A stretch of 36,599 nt of DNA from Candidatus Hydrogenedentota bacterium. Its GTDB lineage: Bacteria; Hydrogenedentota; Hydrogenedentia; Hydrogenedentales; CAITNO01. The stretch is taken from assembly GCA_903822375.1 (NCBI GenBank), contig CAIJOU010000590.1, positions 1 to 36,599 of the forward strand. The letters run 5' to 3'. Numbering within the stretch: the stretch's first letter is position 1; every line of letters begins with the position of its first letter. Shown here one piece after another: positions 25,940 to 36,411 of this stretch. Under the pieces are notes generated by a model that worked only from the letters and a program-made list of their open reading frames with translations, was not told where the DNA came from and searched no databases. A program made the position numbers and the translations under genes.

Positions 25940-28819
25940 ATGAAACGCGCGCATACTGTATTCCTTTTGGCGGTCCTAATCCTGGTGTCCAGCGCCGCGC
26001 TGCTTTCACCTCCCATGATCGCCCCGGCGCATGCCGGGATCATGGATTACATGTTCAACGCTTTCAGGGACCTCACCACCCCCGTCGAAACGGTGACGCC
26101 GTCTGAGGAGACCGTAACGCCCATACCCCATCCCGACCCGCAAGTATCCGCGTCGGCGCCCGCGCCCGCCCGCACCTTCGTATTCGACGTGCGCGATGCG
26201 CAGACGGGGACGGTCATATCCGGAGCGACGTGTTCGTACTATCGGTACGGTGAAGAAGGTGTCGCAGAAAGGGGCAGTGTTACGCTCAAGGACCCACCTG
26301 AATTTGTGGTGCCGGCCGGGACCGGCGGCATAAGGGTATGGATATGGGCTTCGGGATATGCATCTATTTCTCCCGACATACCGTTCAAACCCGACTCGGA
26401 AAGGATAGACGTTCCCGTTCGTCTCGAAAAGGGCACGACGGCTGACGGGTCCGTGGTGAACGAGGAAGGGCAGCCGATTGAAGGTGCCCATGTAGACCTG
26501 AGTGCGGTAATGCCACCCCGGGGTGGCATGTTCTTGGGTGAACTCGTCACCGATGCGCAGGGGCGGTGGGCTGTGCAAAACGTCCCGGCGGAATCGGAAA
26601 ACCTGATGCTGCGTGTTGCCCATCCGGCGTATGTTCCCTCCTGCAAAGTAGACTCGAGAGCGGGCATGCTCACGGTGCCCACGAACCGGCATGCGGAAGT
26701 CAAACTCATCCGCGGCGTACTCGTGTCGGGCCGCGTGGTTGATGAGCAGGGTAATCCCGTGTCGGGCGCCTGTTTGTTTCTGGATTACCACCATGACAAT
26801 CCCCCCTACGCCGTTCGCGCCGAAGGCGACATGGACGGGCGCTTTCGCTTGGAACACTGCCCGCTCCGGCAGGCCGCAGTGGTGGCGTTGGCCCCCGGAT
26901 TCGCGCCTAATGCGGTGTCGCTAAATATTGTACAGGACACGCCCGAAGTGGTGGTTGTGCTGCCGCCGGCGCGTCCTGTGGTCTTCCAGATCGTCGATCC
27001 ACAGGGGGTGCCTTTGGCCAACGCCCGTATGCAGGTTAGCGCCTCGCGTGAAAACCAAGAACTTTATTGGGGGGCAAAGAACCTCAAAACGGATGCCCAG
27101 GGGATGCTCACATTGGCGGATGCACCCCGTGGTGCGGACTATTTCTTGGATGTTATCGATTGGGGGAGCATCGATCACGTTGCGGTTGGGACGTCGGACA
27201 AACCGGTCAAGGTCGAGGTGCCCGCCAGGGGATGCATTGTTTTGCGGGCCGCAGACGTCTCCACGGGGAAGCCGATTCAGGACTTTCAAGTGTCGAGTAA
27301 TCCATTTGGCGCCGGTGTTCCGCAATCGTGGGCAGTTTCCGGAAAATCGGAAGATGGAGAATACAAGAAGGAGTTCTATGGACCCAGCGGCAAGGTGCGT
27401 TACCGCATTGAGGCTTCGGGATACCGACAGGGAATCACTCGATGGATAGAGACGGACGAGGGCAGGGTCCAGATAAAACTGTCGCTTCGGTCGGCACCCA
27501 TGCGGGAAGGGCACGTTTTCGACGACAGCGGCCATCCCGCGCCGATGCCGGTGGTGCAATGGATCGAGGGACCCTATTTCCACCTCGGCGACAACACGCC
27601 GTTGGAAGGACCTTCGCCCATCAAGGGAGACCAACGGGGAATCTTTTCCATTACCTCGCGGGATTGGGAAAAGGGGCTGCTGCTGGTCACGACGGATACG
27701 GACGCCGCCCTGATCAGCGGCATCGACTTCGAGGCCGTATCCAGGGTTCACTTGAAGCCGTGGGGCCGCGTTGTTTGTGAAATGCCTTCCACTCCCAATG
27801 CTGAGGTAAGTATATCCGGGGTCGTCACAGAGCGGTTGAAGCTTCAGTTGTTCTACAGATGTACACTCGACGGGGAGGGTCATGGCGTTATCGGCAAGGT
27901 TCTGCCGGGCGCGTATTCCATTTCCCGAAGCGACGCCTCGACAACCTTGTCGTACAGACGCCTACCGGCGGGGAATGTCACCGTGGCTGCGGGACAAACG
28001 GCACAAATATCGGTGGCCCCCGGAAGAAAAGTGGTTCTGCAGGTGGCGGTTCCCGAAGAGGCGCAACCCTGGTTGGCCGGGCCGCAACCCTCCAGCCTTT
28101 CCTTTCGGCTTCAGGATTCAGCAAATACCTGGCGTAATGAAAGCGCTTCCACGTGGCTAAATGCCGACAGTTCCGGCCGCGCGGAAATGAGTGAGCTTGC
28201 ACCGGGCGCCTACGTGCTGGAGGCGGAACCCTTCTATGACCGCGAACGGTACAAGGGCGGCCCCATCAAGCGCTTCTTCACCACTGACAAGGTTCCATTT
28301 GTGGTGCAACCCTCCAAACCGGGCGATGATTCTCCGCTGGACTTGGGTACGCTCCAGATGCATGCCGAAGGAGAGGATGCCCCGCCCGAGGCGAAAGCGC
28401 CGCCGCCGGGCTTCATCATCGACAGACTGGAGGGTGGCACGTTGTCGCTGCAGGAATTGCGCGGCCGCTATGTGCTGATTGACTTCTGGGCGGTCTGGTG
28501 CAAACCCTGTGAGGCGCAGTTACCCCATTTGAACCAGGTGTGGCAGGAATTTGGCCAGCGCAACGACTTTGTCCTGCTGGGATTGTGCTTGGGGGAGGAT
28601 TTGGAAATCATTCGCAAGTTTGTTGCCGAACACGGGTCCTCATGGCCGCAAGGGGTTTTGCCAGAAGGATTTGGCGACCCGGTCGCCAAGCAATATGGTG
28701 TCACTTCGCTTCCCCATATTCTGCTAATTGGTCCGGATGGCAAGGTTGTGGCGGACAACCTGCTGGACGATGGGATTGAATCCGCGGTGCGCACGGCGCT
28801 GGGTGCCGCGCATTCATAG
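25940..28819 (+). CDS. Exported protein with carboxypeptidase-regulatory-like beta-sandwich repeats and a C-terminal TlpA-like thioredoxin domain
   Basis: Signal peptide MKRAHTVFLLAV; repeats GSVVNEEGQPIEGA / GRVVDEQGNPVSGA / VDPQGVPLANA with TDAQG motifs; C-terminal LIDFWAVWCKPC...YGVTSLPHILLIGPDGKV. Confidence 0.88.
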   Translation: MKRAHTVFLLAVLILVSSAALLSPPMIAPAHAGIMDYMFNAFRDLTTPVETVTPSEETVTPIPHPDPQVSASAPAPARTFVFDVRDAQTGTVISGATCSYYRYGEEGVAERGSVTLKDPPEFVVPAGTGGIRVWIWASGYASISPDIPFKPDSERIDVPVRLEKGTTADGSVVNEEGQPIEGAHVDLSAVMPPRGGMFLGELVTDAQGRWAVQNVPAESENLMLRVAHPAYVPSCKVDSRAGMLTVPTNRHAEVKLIRGVLVSGRVVDEQGNPVSGACLFLDYHHDNPPYAVRAEGDMDGRFRLEHCPLRQAAVVALAPGFAPNAVSLNIVQDTPEVVVVLPPARPVVFQIVDPQGVPLANARMQVSASRENQELYWGAKNLKTDAQGMLTLADAPRGADYFLDVIDWGSIDHVAVGTSDKPVKVEVPARGCIVLRAADVSTGKPIQDFQVSSNPFGAGVPQSWAVSGKSEDGEYKKEFYGPSGKVRYRIEASGYRQGITRWIETDEGRVQIKLSLRSAPMREGHVFDDSGHPAPMPVVQWIEGPYFHLGDNTPLEGPSPIKGDQRGIFSITSRDWEKGLLLVTTDTDAALISGIDFEAVSRVHLKPWGRVVCEMPSTPNAEVSISGVVTERLKLQLFYRCTLDGEGHGVIGKVLPGAYSISRSDASTTLSYRRLPAGNVTVAAGQTAQISVAPGRKVVLQVAVPEEAQPWLAGPQPSSLSFRLQDSANTWRNESASTWLNADSSGRAEMSELAPGAYVLEAEPFYDRERYKGGPIKRFFTTDKVPFVVQPSKPGDDSPLDLGTLQMHAEGEDAPPEAKAPPPGFIIDRLEGGTLSLQELRGRYVLIDFWAVWCKPCEAQLPHLNQVWQEFGQRNDFVLLGLCLGEDLEIIRKFVAEHGSSWPQGVLPEGFGDPVAKQYGVTSLPHILLIGPDGKVVADNLLDDGIESAVRTALGAAHS

Positions 28820-28921
28820 GAATGTGGTCATGCACGGGCCCGGCGGGCTGTGCTAGACTCCCCGGGCTTTCACACCGGAACCGGGCGCCGCTGGTGGCGC
28901 AGTCTTGAGGTCAGAGTGGAC

Positions 28922-29509
28922 ATGACACGCAATATCGTGCACCGCGCAATTCGGCCCTGCGGCCCCGCACTGCTTGTGCTGCTGGCCGTGCTGGCCGGCT
29001 GTGCCCCCAGTCCCCATGACCTGGTTGCCCGCGGCAAGAACGACGAACTGCGCCGCGCACTGGAGAAGGACGCCGCCAGGACGGTCTCCGCCCGTGACCG
29101 AAAAGAAAAGACGCCGTTGCACGCCGCCGTGAGTTGTGAAAACAGCGCCGCCATGGACCTGTTGGCGGCGCACGGCGCCGACCTCAACGCAGTGGATATC
29201 ACCGGCATGACCCCCCTTCACGTGGCGGCCATGCTCGGGCGTGCCACGGAGGCGGAATGGCTGCTGGACCACGGGGCGCGCATGGATGCGCGCGACACTT
29301 TCGGGGACACACCGGTGCATACCGCGGCCGTGTTTGGCCAGGGCGGCGTTCTGCAGATACTGGCCCAGCGCGGTGCCGCGCTGGAAACGCCCAACAACGC
29401 CGGCAAGACCCCCGTCATGCTCGCCCGGGACAACCGGCAGCCGCGCGTGGTGTCTCTCATCGAAAGCCTGCTGGCCGACCGGGCGTCAGCCCCCGCGGGA
29501 GGCAGCTGA
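28922..29509 (+). CDS. Ankyrin repeat lipoprotein
   Basis: Lipobox LAGC; repeats [30 protein letters not shown]. Confidence 0.9.
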   Translation: MTRNIVHRAIRPCGPALLVLLAVLAGCAPSPHDLVARGKNDELRRALEKDAARTVSARDRKEKTPLHAAVSCENSAAMDLLAAHGADLNAVDITGMTPLHVAAMLGRATEAEWLLDHGARMDARDTFGDTPVHTAAVFGQGGVLQILAQRGAALETPNNAGKTPVMLARDNRQPRVVSLIESLLADRASAPAGGS

Positions 29510-29510
29510 C

Positions 29511-30029
29511 ATGCCTGCCAAGCCTGTGCCGCAGGAAACGGCGGTGGTCATATACACCGATGGCGGTTGCGAGCCCAATCCCGGCGTCGGTGGCTGGGGA
29601 GCCGTGCTGCTCTACGGGGGGCACGTCAAGGAGATGTCCGGCGGCGCGCCCGACACCACCAACAACCGCATGGAACTGACCGCCGCCATTGAGGCGCTGT
29701 CTGCCCTGAAGCGGCCCTGCCGGATTCAGCTGTACACCGACTCGGAGTATGTCAAAAGGGGTATCACCGAGTGGATAACGGCCTGGAAGAAGAAGAAATG
29801 GATTCGCCGCGAGGGTCCCGTCAAGAATGTTGATTTGTGGCAGCGTCTGGACGCCCTGGTCGAAAAACATGACGTCGAATGGCGATGGGTGAGGGGCCAC
29901 ACCGGAAACACGTATAATGAACGCTGTGATGAACTTGCCGCCGCAGCCATACAGGTCGTGCGGCGCGAGGGTGCGGCTCCCGTTCCGGGAAACCGCGCCG
30001 GGACCCGCCAGGGTGTGGAGAAGACCTGA
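29511..30029 (+). CDS. rnhA: Ribonuclease HI
   Basis: [49 protein letters not shown]. Confidence 0.96.
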   Translation: MPAKPVPQETAVVIYTDGGCEPNPGVGGWGAVLLYGGHVKEMSGGAPDTTNNRMELTAAIEALSALKRPCRIQLYTDSEYVKRGITEWITAWKKKKWIRREGPVKNVDLWQRLDALVEKHDVEWRWVRGHTGNTYNERCDELAAAAIQVVRREGAAPVPGNRAGTRQGVEKT

Positions 30030-30035
30030 TTCAGG

Positions 30036-32810
30036 ATGAAAGCGCATCATGCCAGCCTGACGAGCGCGCGCCGCGCCGACATGCAGCGGCGGCTGACTCT
30101 TTTTGTCATTCCCGTGCTGATCGGGTTTGGCGGAGTGGTGTTTTCACAGCAGTTTGAGAACCCGCTGTGGCGCTGGCTGACGGTTGCCGTTTCCATGGCG
30201 CTGCCCGTTTATGCCGGCGGCAACCTGCTGGCCCGGTTTCACACCAGCCGCCTCGAGCGTCTGGCCATGCTCTCCGGCGTTCTCCTGCTCATCCTCGGCG
30301 CGATCTTCAGCGTTTCCGGTCTGGCCGGCGCGGTGTTCGGCGATTTCATGGCATTTGAGCGCGTGGCCGGCGCGTCCCGCGGCATCGGCCTGGGCAGCCT
30401 GTTTCTCGGGCTTTTCGTCGTGCTCTTCAGCGTTGCGCGCACCGGCGAGGACACCGCGGAGCTTGCCGAGCGGTTTCGCCTGCTTGCCGAGCAGATATCC
30501 GAGGGATTCATCCTGAGCACCCCCGACGGCACGGTGTGCCTGGTCAACCAGCGCTTTCTGGACATGTTCGGCATCACCCGCGACGAGGTTATCGGACGCA
30601 ACGCGCGGGAGCTTGCCGACCAGCGCAACATGATGCCCATCCAGGAGCAGCTCAAAAACCGCGCACTCGGCGTCGCCTCGGAATACGAGTTGCACATCCA
30701 GGTCGACGGGCGCGAAAAGGTGCTCATGTTCAACGGCGCCCCGGTGTTTAACCGCCAGGGGGGGCATACCGCCACCATCGCCACCGTCCGCGACATGACC
30801 GAACTGGTCATGCTGACCCGCCGCGTGGAGCAGTATGCCAAGGGGCTCCAGCAGCTTGTGGAGGAGCAGACCCGCAGGCTTCAGGCCTCTGAAGAGCGGT
30901 TCCGCGGCCTGCTGCTGACGATGAACGAGGGCTTCCTCACGGTCGACGCCAACTGCCGCATACGTTTCGTCAACCCGCGCATGGTCGACCTGCTGCAGTT
31001 GGCCGAAACCGACATGACCGGGCGGGAAATATTCACCTTTGTCGAGGACTCGAGCCGGTCCCGGCTGCTCGCCCTGCTCGCGCGCGCCTCGGAACAGGGC
31101 GAAAAGGCGCTGCGGCAGGAAATCGAGTTCATTGACGCCGGGGGACGGCTGGTGCCGACGGTCGTGGCCGCGGCGGCCCTGCCCGACGGCGGCGAGGAGG
31201 AAAGCGGGCATTCGCTTGTGGTGACCGGCATCGCCGACATCAAGCGCATGCAGCAGAAGCTTGCCCTCCGCGCCCGCGAACTTGAACGGGCCAACGAAGA
31301 ACTGCGCATGCACGACCGCGCCAAGGACGGCTTCCTGTCCAATGTCAGCCACGAACTGCGCACTCCTCTCAGCACCATTCAGGGTTACGTCGAGATGTTC
31401 GCCGCCGGTTCGCTCGGCCCCCTTGAGGAGGCGCAGGTGGGCGCCATCAAGGTGGTGGACCGCAATGTCGACCGGCTGCTCGGCCTGATCAACGAGATGA
31501 TCGAGTTCAGCCGCATGCAGATTCGCGGCATTCAAATCGTGCAGAACCTTTGGCGGCCCGACGCCGTTGCAAACGAGGCGGCGGCCGCCATCCACCCCGA
31601 CACGCTCGAAAAGCAGCTTGACGTGTCCGTTGACTGCGCCGGCGCTCCCGCGTTTGTTTGGGCCGACCGCGACAAGATCGTGCAGGTGTTCGGCATTCTG
31701 CTGAACAATGCCGTCAAGTTCACCCCCCGCGGCGGGCGCATTCGCGTGTGCGTGGAGCAGGCCGGTGAGCGGGACCTTGTCATTTCCGTTTCCGACTCCG
31801 GCATCGGCATCGATCCCGCCTTTCATCAGCGCATCTTCGACCGCTTCTTCCAGGTGGACAGTTCAAAGACGCGCCAGTACGAGGGAACCGGTATCGGCCT
31901 GTCCATCGCCAAGAATATTGTCGAGGCCCACGGCGGCTCCATTTCGGTCGCCAGCACCCACGGCGAGGGAAGCTGCTTTACGGTGTGCCTGCCCGGCGCC
32001 GTGGCCCGCCCGCTGGGCGGTGACGACCCGATGAAGGGTATTGAACATTTGCGCGTGCTGGCCGCCTCCGAAAACGAGGAGTTTGCGGAGGCGTTGCGCG
32101 TGCTTATCGGACGCGGCGTGGCCGAGATTGACTGGGTGCCCAGCGGTTACCAGTGCGTGCGAAGAGCCGCGGACGGGACCACCGACATGATTCTGCTCAA
32201 CGAAGCGCCATCCGACGTGCTCGGCAAAACCACCATGCGCCTTCTCCGTCAGAACCCCCTGACCCAGCACATCCCCACGCTGGTGCTCACCACGGAATCG
32301 GAGTCGGATATTGGAGAGGTCCGCGGACAGTGGCTCGCCACGGATTTCGTGGTCAAGCCCATAGCCGCCGACGCGCTTGTCGGGGCCATGCGCCGGCTGA
32401 TGGACGCCGCGGAGACGGGGGAAACGCCCGGATTGGGCGATGCCCATCCCGCGCACCCGTTGAAACGCTGTGTGCTGGTGGTCGATTCAGACCCGGGGCT
32501 GCTTGAATGGATGGCCACCGCCCTGAAGTACCGCGATATAGGCTGTTTCTGCACCACCACGCCGCACGCCGCCGCCGATATGGCGGAAACCCTCCGGCCC
32601 GATGCCATCCTGTTGGACGGCGACGTGCCCCGGGCACGCGTGAACGATGCGATTAAGGTCTTCCGCGACTGTCCGGCCACCCATGTCACCCCGGTCTACA
32701 TGATGACCGGCGTGAGCAAGTCCGAGTTCGAGCGGCTTGACGTGGCCGGCGTGCTCCATAAACCATTTAGTATCAATGAAATCACGGATGTTATCGGCGT
32801 CGTCCGCTGA
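30036..32810 (+). CDS. Membrane hybrid sensor histidine kinase (TMs, 2 PAS, HisKA, HATPase, 2 receiver-like domains)
   Basis: About 4 TMs, two PAS-like segments, SHELRTPL, NNAVKFT, DSGIGI, GTGIGL, then two REC-like domains. Start may be 30081. Confidence 0.92.
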   Translation: MKAHHASLTSARRADMQRRLTLFVIPVLIGFGGVVFSQQFENPLWRWLTVAVSMALPVYAGGNLLARFHTSRLERLAMLSGVLLLILGAIFSVSGLAGAVFGDFMAFERVAGASRGIGLGSLFLGLFVVLFSVARTGEDTAELAERFRLLAEQISEGFILSTPDGTVCLVNQRFLDMFGITRDEVIGRNARELADQRNMMPIQEQLKNRALGVASEYELHIQVDGREKVLMFNGAPVFNRQGGHTATIATVRDMTELVMLTRRVEQYAKGLQQLVEEQTRRLQASEERFRGLLLTMNEGFLTVDANCRIRFVNPRMVDLLQLAETDMTGREIFTFVEDSSRSRLLALLARASEQGEKALRQEIEFIDAGGRLVPTVVAAAALPDGGEEESGHSLVVTGIADIKRMQQKLALRARELERANEELRMHDRAKDGFLSNVSHELRTPLSTIQGYVEMFAAGSLGPLEEAQVGAIKVVDRNVDRLLGLINEMIEFSRMQIRGIQIVQNLWRPDAVANEAAAAIHPDTLEKQLDVSVDCAGAPAFVWADRDKIVQVFGILLNNAVKFTPRGGRIRVCVEQAGERDLVISVSDSGIGIDPAFHQRIFDRFFQVDSSKTRQYEGTGIGLSIAKNIVEAHGGSISVASTHGEGSCFTVCLPGAVARPLGGDDPMKGIEHLRVLAASENEEFAEALRVLIGRGVAEIDWVPSGYQCVRRAADGTTDMILLNEAPSDVLGKTTMRLLRQNPLTQHIPTLVLTTESESDIGEVRGQWLATDFVVKPIAADALVGAMRRLMDAAETGETPGLGDAHPAHPLKRCVLVVDSDPGLLEWMATALKYRDIGCFCTTTPHAAADMAETLRPDAILLDGDVPRARVNDAIKVFRDCPATHVTPVYMMTGVSKSEFERLDVAGVLHKPFSINEITDVIGVVR

Positions 32811-32843
32811 ACGGCACGCTGATGTTCGGGAAGGTGTCGAATT

Positions 32844-34109
32844 ATGACATTGTTTGTAGTACTGAACGCGCTCATGTATTCGCTTGCGGCGGCTCCCGCC
32901 GCGCACGGCCATGCGGCCCACGCTCCTCACGGCGCCCATGCTGCCCCCGCCGCTCCCGCCGCTCCGGCGCCCTCCGCCTCTCCGGTTGTCCCGTCCGCGC
33001 CCGCGGCGCCTGCGGCACCCACTGCCGCAGCAGGAACCGCGGACTATTTCGCCGCACTGCCCGAGAGTTATTTCTGCATTGAGGCCAGCAGCGGCGCCGT
33101 GCTGGACGAGAGCAACCCGGACATTCAGCGTCCGCCCGCCAGCATGATCAAGATGATGCTCATGCTGATGGTGGACGAGGGGGCGCAGGCCGGTCGCTGG
33201 AATTACGACACGGTGATAACGGTCTCAAAGAACGCCGAGGGCATGGGCGGCACGCAGGTATACGTTAAGACGGGCGAAACTTACCCGCTGAGCAAGCTCA
33301 TGCCCGCCGTGGCGGTCGCCTCCGCCAATGACGCCGCCATGGCCGTGGCGGAGGGGCTCTGGGGTTCCAAGGACGCCTATATCGAGGCGATGAACAAGCG
33401 CGCCCAGGAATTGGGCATGAAGCAGTCCAAGTTTAACAGTGTTCATGGGCTGCCCCCCGGGAAGGGCCAGGAATTTGACCTGACCACCGCCAGGGACATG
33501 GCCCGGCTGGGCCAGGAATGCGTCAAACATCCCCAGATTCTGGAATGGACCTCGCAGAAGGAACTTACCTTCCGCGAGAGTGACGGAACCAAGCAAAGCA
33601 CCAACAAACTGCTCGGGGTCGTTGCCGGTGTGGACGGTCTCAAGACCGGGTACATACGCGCCGCCGGGTTCTGCATCACGGTGACCGCCCAGCGCGAGGG
33701 CATCCGGCTGATCGTCGTGGTCATGGGTGACTCCAAGCACGAGCGTTCCGAGCGCGCGCAGGAAGTGCTCGAAGCCTCGTTCAAGAAGATGAAACGGGTC
33801 CGGCCCGTGGTGGCGGGCGCGTCCATCGGAAAGCCCATTCCGGTGACGAACGGGGTTGCCCCCAGCGTCGGCCTGGTGTCCAAAGGGTTTCTTGAGGCCG
33901 TGGTCCGCAATGATGACGTGAAAGACCTGAAGGTCGAGGTGTCCGTGCCGACCGAAATCAAAGCGCCCGTGCCGGCCGGGGCGACTGTTGGGAAAGTGAG
34001 CCTCAAACTGGGCGACACCCTTTTCGGCGAGACCGAACTGGTCACGGCCTCCGCCGTGGAGGCCAAGGGGCTTTGGCGCCGCATGGGTGAATGGACCGGA
34101 CTCAAGTGA
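32844..34109 (+). CDS. Serine D-alanyl-D-alanine carboxypeptidase (S11, PBP5/DacA-like)
   Basis: PASMIK (SxxK), SANDAA (SxN), DGLKTGY (KTG), PBP5 C-terminal domain. Confidence 0.93.
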   Translation: MTLFVVLNALMYSLAAAPAAHGHAAHAPHGAHAAPAAPAAPAPSASPVVPSAPAAPAAPTAAAGTADYFAALPESYFCIEASSGAVLDESNPDIQRPPASMIKMMLMLMVDEGAQAGRWNYDTVITVSKNAEGMGGTQVYVKTGETYPLSKLMPAVAVASANDAAMAVAEGLWGSKDAYIEAMNKRAQELGMKQSKFNSVHGLPPGKGQEFDLTTARDMARLGQECVKHPQILEWTSQKELTFRESDGTKQSTNKLLGVVAGVDGLKTGYIRAAGFCITVTAQREGIRLIVVVMGDSKHERSERAQEVLEASFKKMKRVRPVVAGASIGKPIPVTNGVAPSVGLVSKGFLEAVVRNDDVKDLKVEVSVPTEIKAPVPAGATVGKVSLKLGDTLFGETELVTASAVEAKGLWRRMGEWTGLK

Positions 34110-35323
34110 AGCGGCGCAGTACGGCGCTCATTATTGCCGCATTCGCGGCGTTCACCCTTGCCGGATGCGCAAGTGCCGGCAAGCGGCCGGCCTTCAACTA
34201 TTGCGTCGGCACCCAGACCTTCTCGCCCAAGTATCACCTCACCGACAAGACCCGGCTTGTGGAGACGGCGCAGGCTATGGCGGGCATGGGCTCGAACGTC
34301 ATCAAGTTCGAGGCCGGACCCGGTGCCATGGCGTCCTACCATCTTCCGGCCAATCCCGACATAAAGACCATGAAGGATCTCTTCACGCTTGAGCCGTCCT
34401 ACCAGGCCGTGCTGGGCATGCCCTTTGACTATTACCTGATTTGGGCCTATCCCCTGGGCACCGCAAAGTCCTGCCGAGAACCCTGGACCGAGGAGGACCG
34501 GCAGCGGGAATACCGGGAGATGTACGACCTCACCCGGTACCTGCTCGAGAAGTTCAGCGGAACGGACAAGACCTTCCTGCTGGGTCATTGGGAAGGGGAC
34601 TGGGTGCTTCTCGGCGGATATGACATCAACGCCGAACCCAAGCCCGAATCCGTGGCGGGCATGATCGAATGGCTTAACCTGCGGCAGAAGGCCGTGGATG
34701 ACGCGCGCCGCGACACGCCCCATCAGGGCGTGCACGTGTTTCACTACACCGAGGTGAACCTGGTGCACAAGGCCATTGCCGGCCGGACCACGGTTTGCAA
34801 CAGCGTGCTGCCCCACACCAATCTGGACATGGTCTCCTATTCGAGCTATGACTCACTCGACTTCACCAAGGGCTTTCCCGAGATGCGGAACCGCCTGAAG
34901 ACTGCGCTGAATTACATCGCGGCGAAGCTGCCCCCCAAGGAACTGGACTGGGATGCCCCCCGTGTATTCGTCGGCGAATACGGTTTTCCTCTCCGCCAGG
35001 TGTTCTCGCCCAAAACGCAGGAGGTGGCCTCCCGCGAGGTGATACGTGCCGGGCTGGAATGGGGTTGTCCGTTTCTCCTTTACTGGGAGATCTACGACAA
35101 CGAGATGGAGGAGGGAAGCGAGAAGACCAGCGGCTTCTGGATGATTGACAACCATGGCGTCATCCAGCCCGTCTACCGCATGCACCGGCAATGCATCGCC
35201 CGGGGCCGAGAATGGTGCGAACGGTTCCAGCGCGCCCATTCCCGGCCGCCGACCCATGTCGAATACTGTCAGGCCGCGCTTGGGTGGCTCGATGAGGCCG
35301 GCAAGGCCGCATACAAGGAGTAA
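34106..35323 (+). CDS. Hypothetical lipoprotein, possible clan-A-like glycoside hydrolase fold
   Basis: GTGA overlap with the carboxypeptidase stop; lipobox LAGC; motifs HWEGDW, YSSYD, FVGEYG, LYWEIYDNE. Confidence 0.7.
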   Translation: MKRRSTALIIAAFAAFTLAGCASAGKRPAFNYCVGTQTFSPKYHLTDKTRLVETAQAMAGMGSNVIKFEAGPGAMASYHLPANPDIKTMKDLFTLEPSYQAVLGMPFDYYLIWAYPLGTAKSCREPWTEEDRQREYREMYDLTRYLLEKFSGTDKTFLLGHWEGDWVLLGGYDINAEPKPESVAGMIEWLNLRQKAVDDARRDTPHQGVHVFHYTEVNLVHKAIAGRTTVCNSVLPHTNLDMVSYSSYDSLDFTKGFPEMRNRLKTALNYIAAKLPPKELDWDAPRVFVGEYGFPLRQVFSPKTQEVASREVIRAGLEWGCPFLLYWEIYDNEMEEGSEKTSGFWMIDNHGVIQPVYRMHRQCIARGREWCERFQRAHSRPPTHVEYCQAALGWLDEAGKAAYKE

Positions 35324-35331
35324 CTCTGCCC

Positions 35332-36411
35332 ATGTTTGCCTGCACCGCCCTGTGCATGATCTCCGCCTTGAGTGCGCCGGACGCAACCGTGCCCCCCAAG
35401 AAGGACATTCTTGTCGGCATCAACTACTTTGCCGGATGGTGGGAAGCGCCGCCCAACAAATGGCACGGCGCCGACGGCGCGGACTGGCGGCCCAAGTACC
35501 CGCAACGGGTGCCGCTGCTTGGCGAATTCAACAACCAGGCCACCATGGACCGCGAGATCAAGGCCGCCGCCGATTACGGCGTCGATTTCTTCGCCATCCT
35601 CTGGTACTACAACGGGAAGACGGGGGAGAGGGAACCCAACGCGCGCAATCTGGAACGGGGCGTCCTCGATTTCATGCATTCGAGCGAGAGCGGGCGCATG
35701 AAGTTCTACGTCGAGTTCTGCAATCATCCGCCCTATGATGTCGCCACCGACGAGGACTGGCAGGACTGCATTCAGTTCTGGCTCACCTGTTTCCGCCACC
35801 CCAGTTATCTGCGCGTCGACGGGAAACTGGTGTTCAAGGTGCACGGCGGCCACTACTTTGTCATGCAGAACGGCAAGGACCTCGCCAAGTGCAAGGCAAA
35901 GCTCGACCAACTGCGCACCGCCGTGCGCAATGCGGGGCTGGGGGAAATGCTCATCGGCTGCGGTGTGGGCGGTCCGGAACCCATCCCCGCCGAACACTGG
36001 GCGGCCAAGCTCTTCGACTTTACCGCAACCTACATGGACCTTCCGCAGCAGGAGCAGAGACCGGAGGACTACCCCTTCTCCGATTTGGAGAAGTTCACCG
36101 AAGAGGGACGCGCCAAACATTTCAACGACGCCGTGCCCTATCTGCCCTACGCGGCCGCCGGATGGAACCCGCGCCCCTGGCCGGACAAGCGGGCATGCTA
36201 CGCCTTCCCCAATAAGGATGAATGGACGGCCGCCTTGGAAAGCGTCAAGAAAGACCTGCTGGCCCAGTCTCAGTTGGGCCTGCCCGGCGGCGCCAAAGCC
36301 TTCACGATCTACGCTTGGAACGAGTTCGGCGAGGGTGGCATCGTCGCCCCCACCCAGGGCGACCAGTGCATGAAACTGGACGGGATTGAGAAAGTCTTTG
36401 GAGGGATGTAG
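35332..36411 (+). CDS. Glycoside hydrolase family 99-like (WbsX-type) protein
   Basis: PLLGEF, EIKAAADYGVDFFAILWY, FRHPSYLRVDGK, GWNPRPW, YAWNEFGEGG. Confidence 0.8.
   Translation: MFACTALCMISALSAPDATVPPKKDILVGINYFAGWWEAPPNKWHGADGADWRPKYPQRVPLLGEFNNQATMDREIKAAADYGVDFFAILWYYNGKTGEREPNARNLERGVLDFMHSSESGRMKFYVEFCNHPPYDVATDEDWQDCIQFWLTCFRHPSYLRVDGKLVFKVHGGHYFVMQNGKDLAKCKAKLDQLRTAVRNAGLGEMLIGCGVGGPEPIPAEHWAAKLFDFTATYMDLPQQEQRPEDYPFSDLEKFTEEGRAKHFNDAVPYLPYAAAGWNPRPWPDKRACYAFPNKDEWTAALESVKKDLLAQSQLGLPGGAKAFTIYAWNEFGEGGIVAPTQGDQCMKLDGIEKVFGGM

Noticed and set aside
25669-26043. 124-aa minus-strand ORF containing SCCW as the cysK leader peptide
   Set aside because: It starts upstream of the cysK promoter and inside the opposite-strand gene; the 56-aa frame fits the promoter better.
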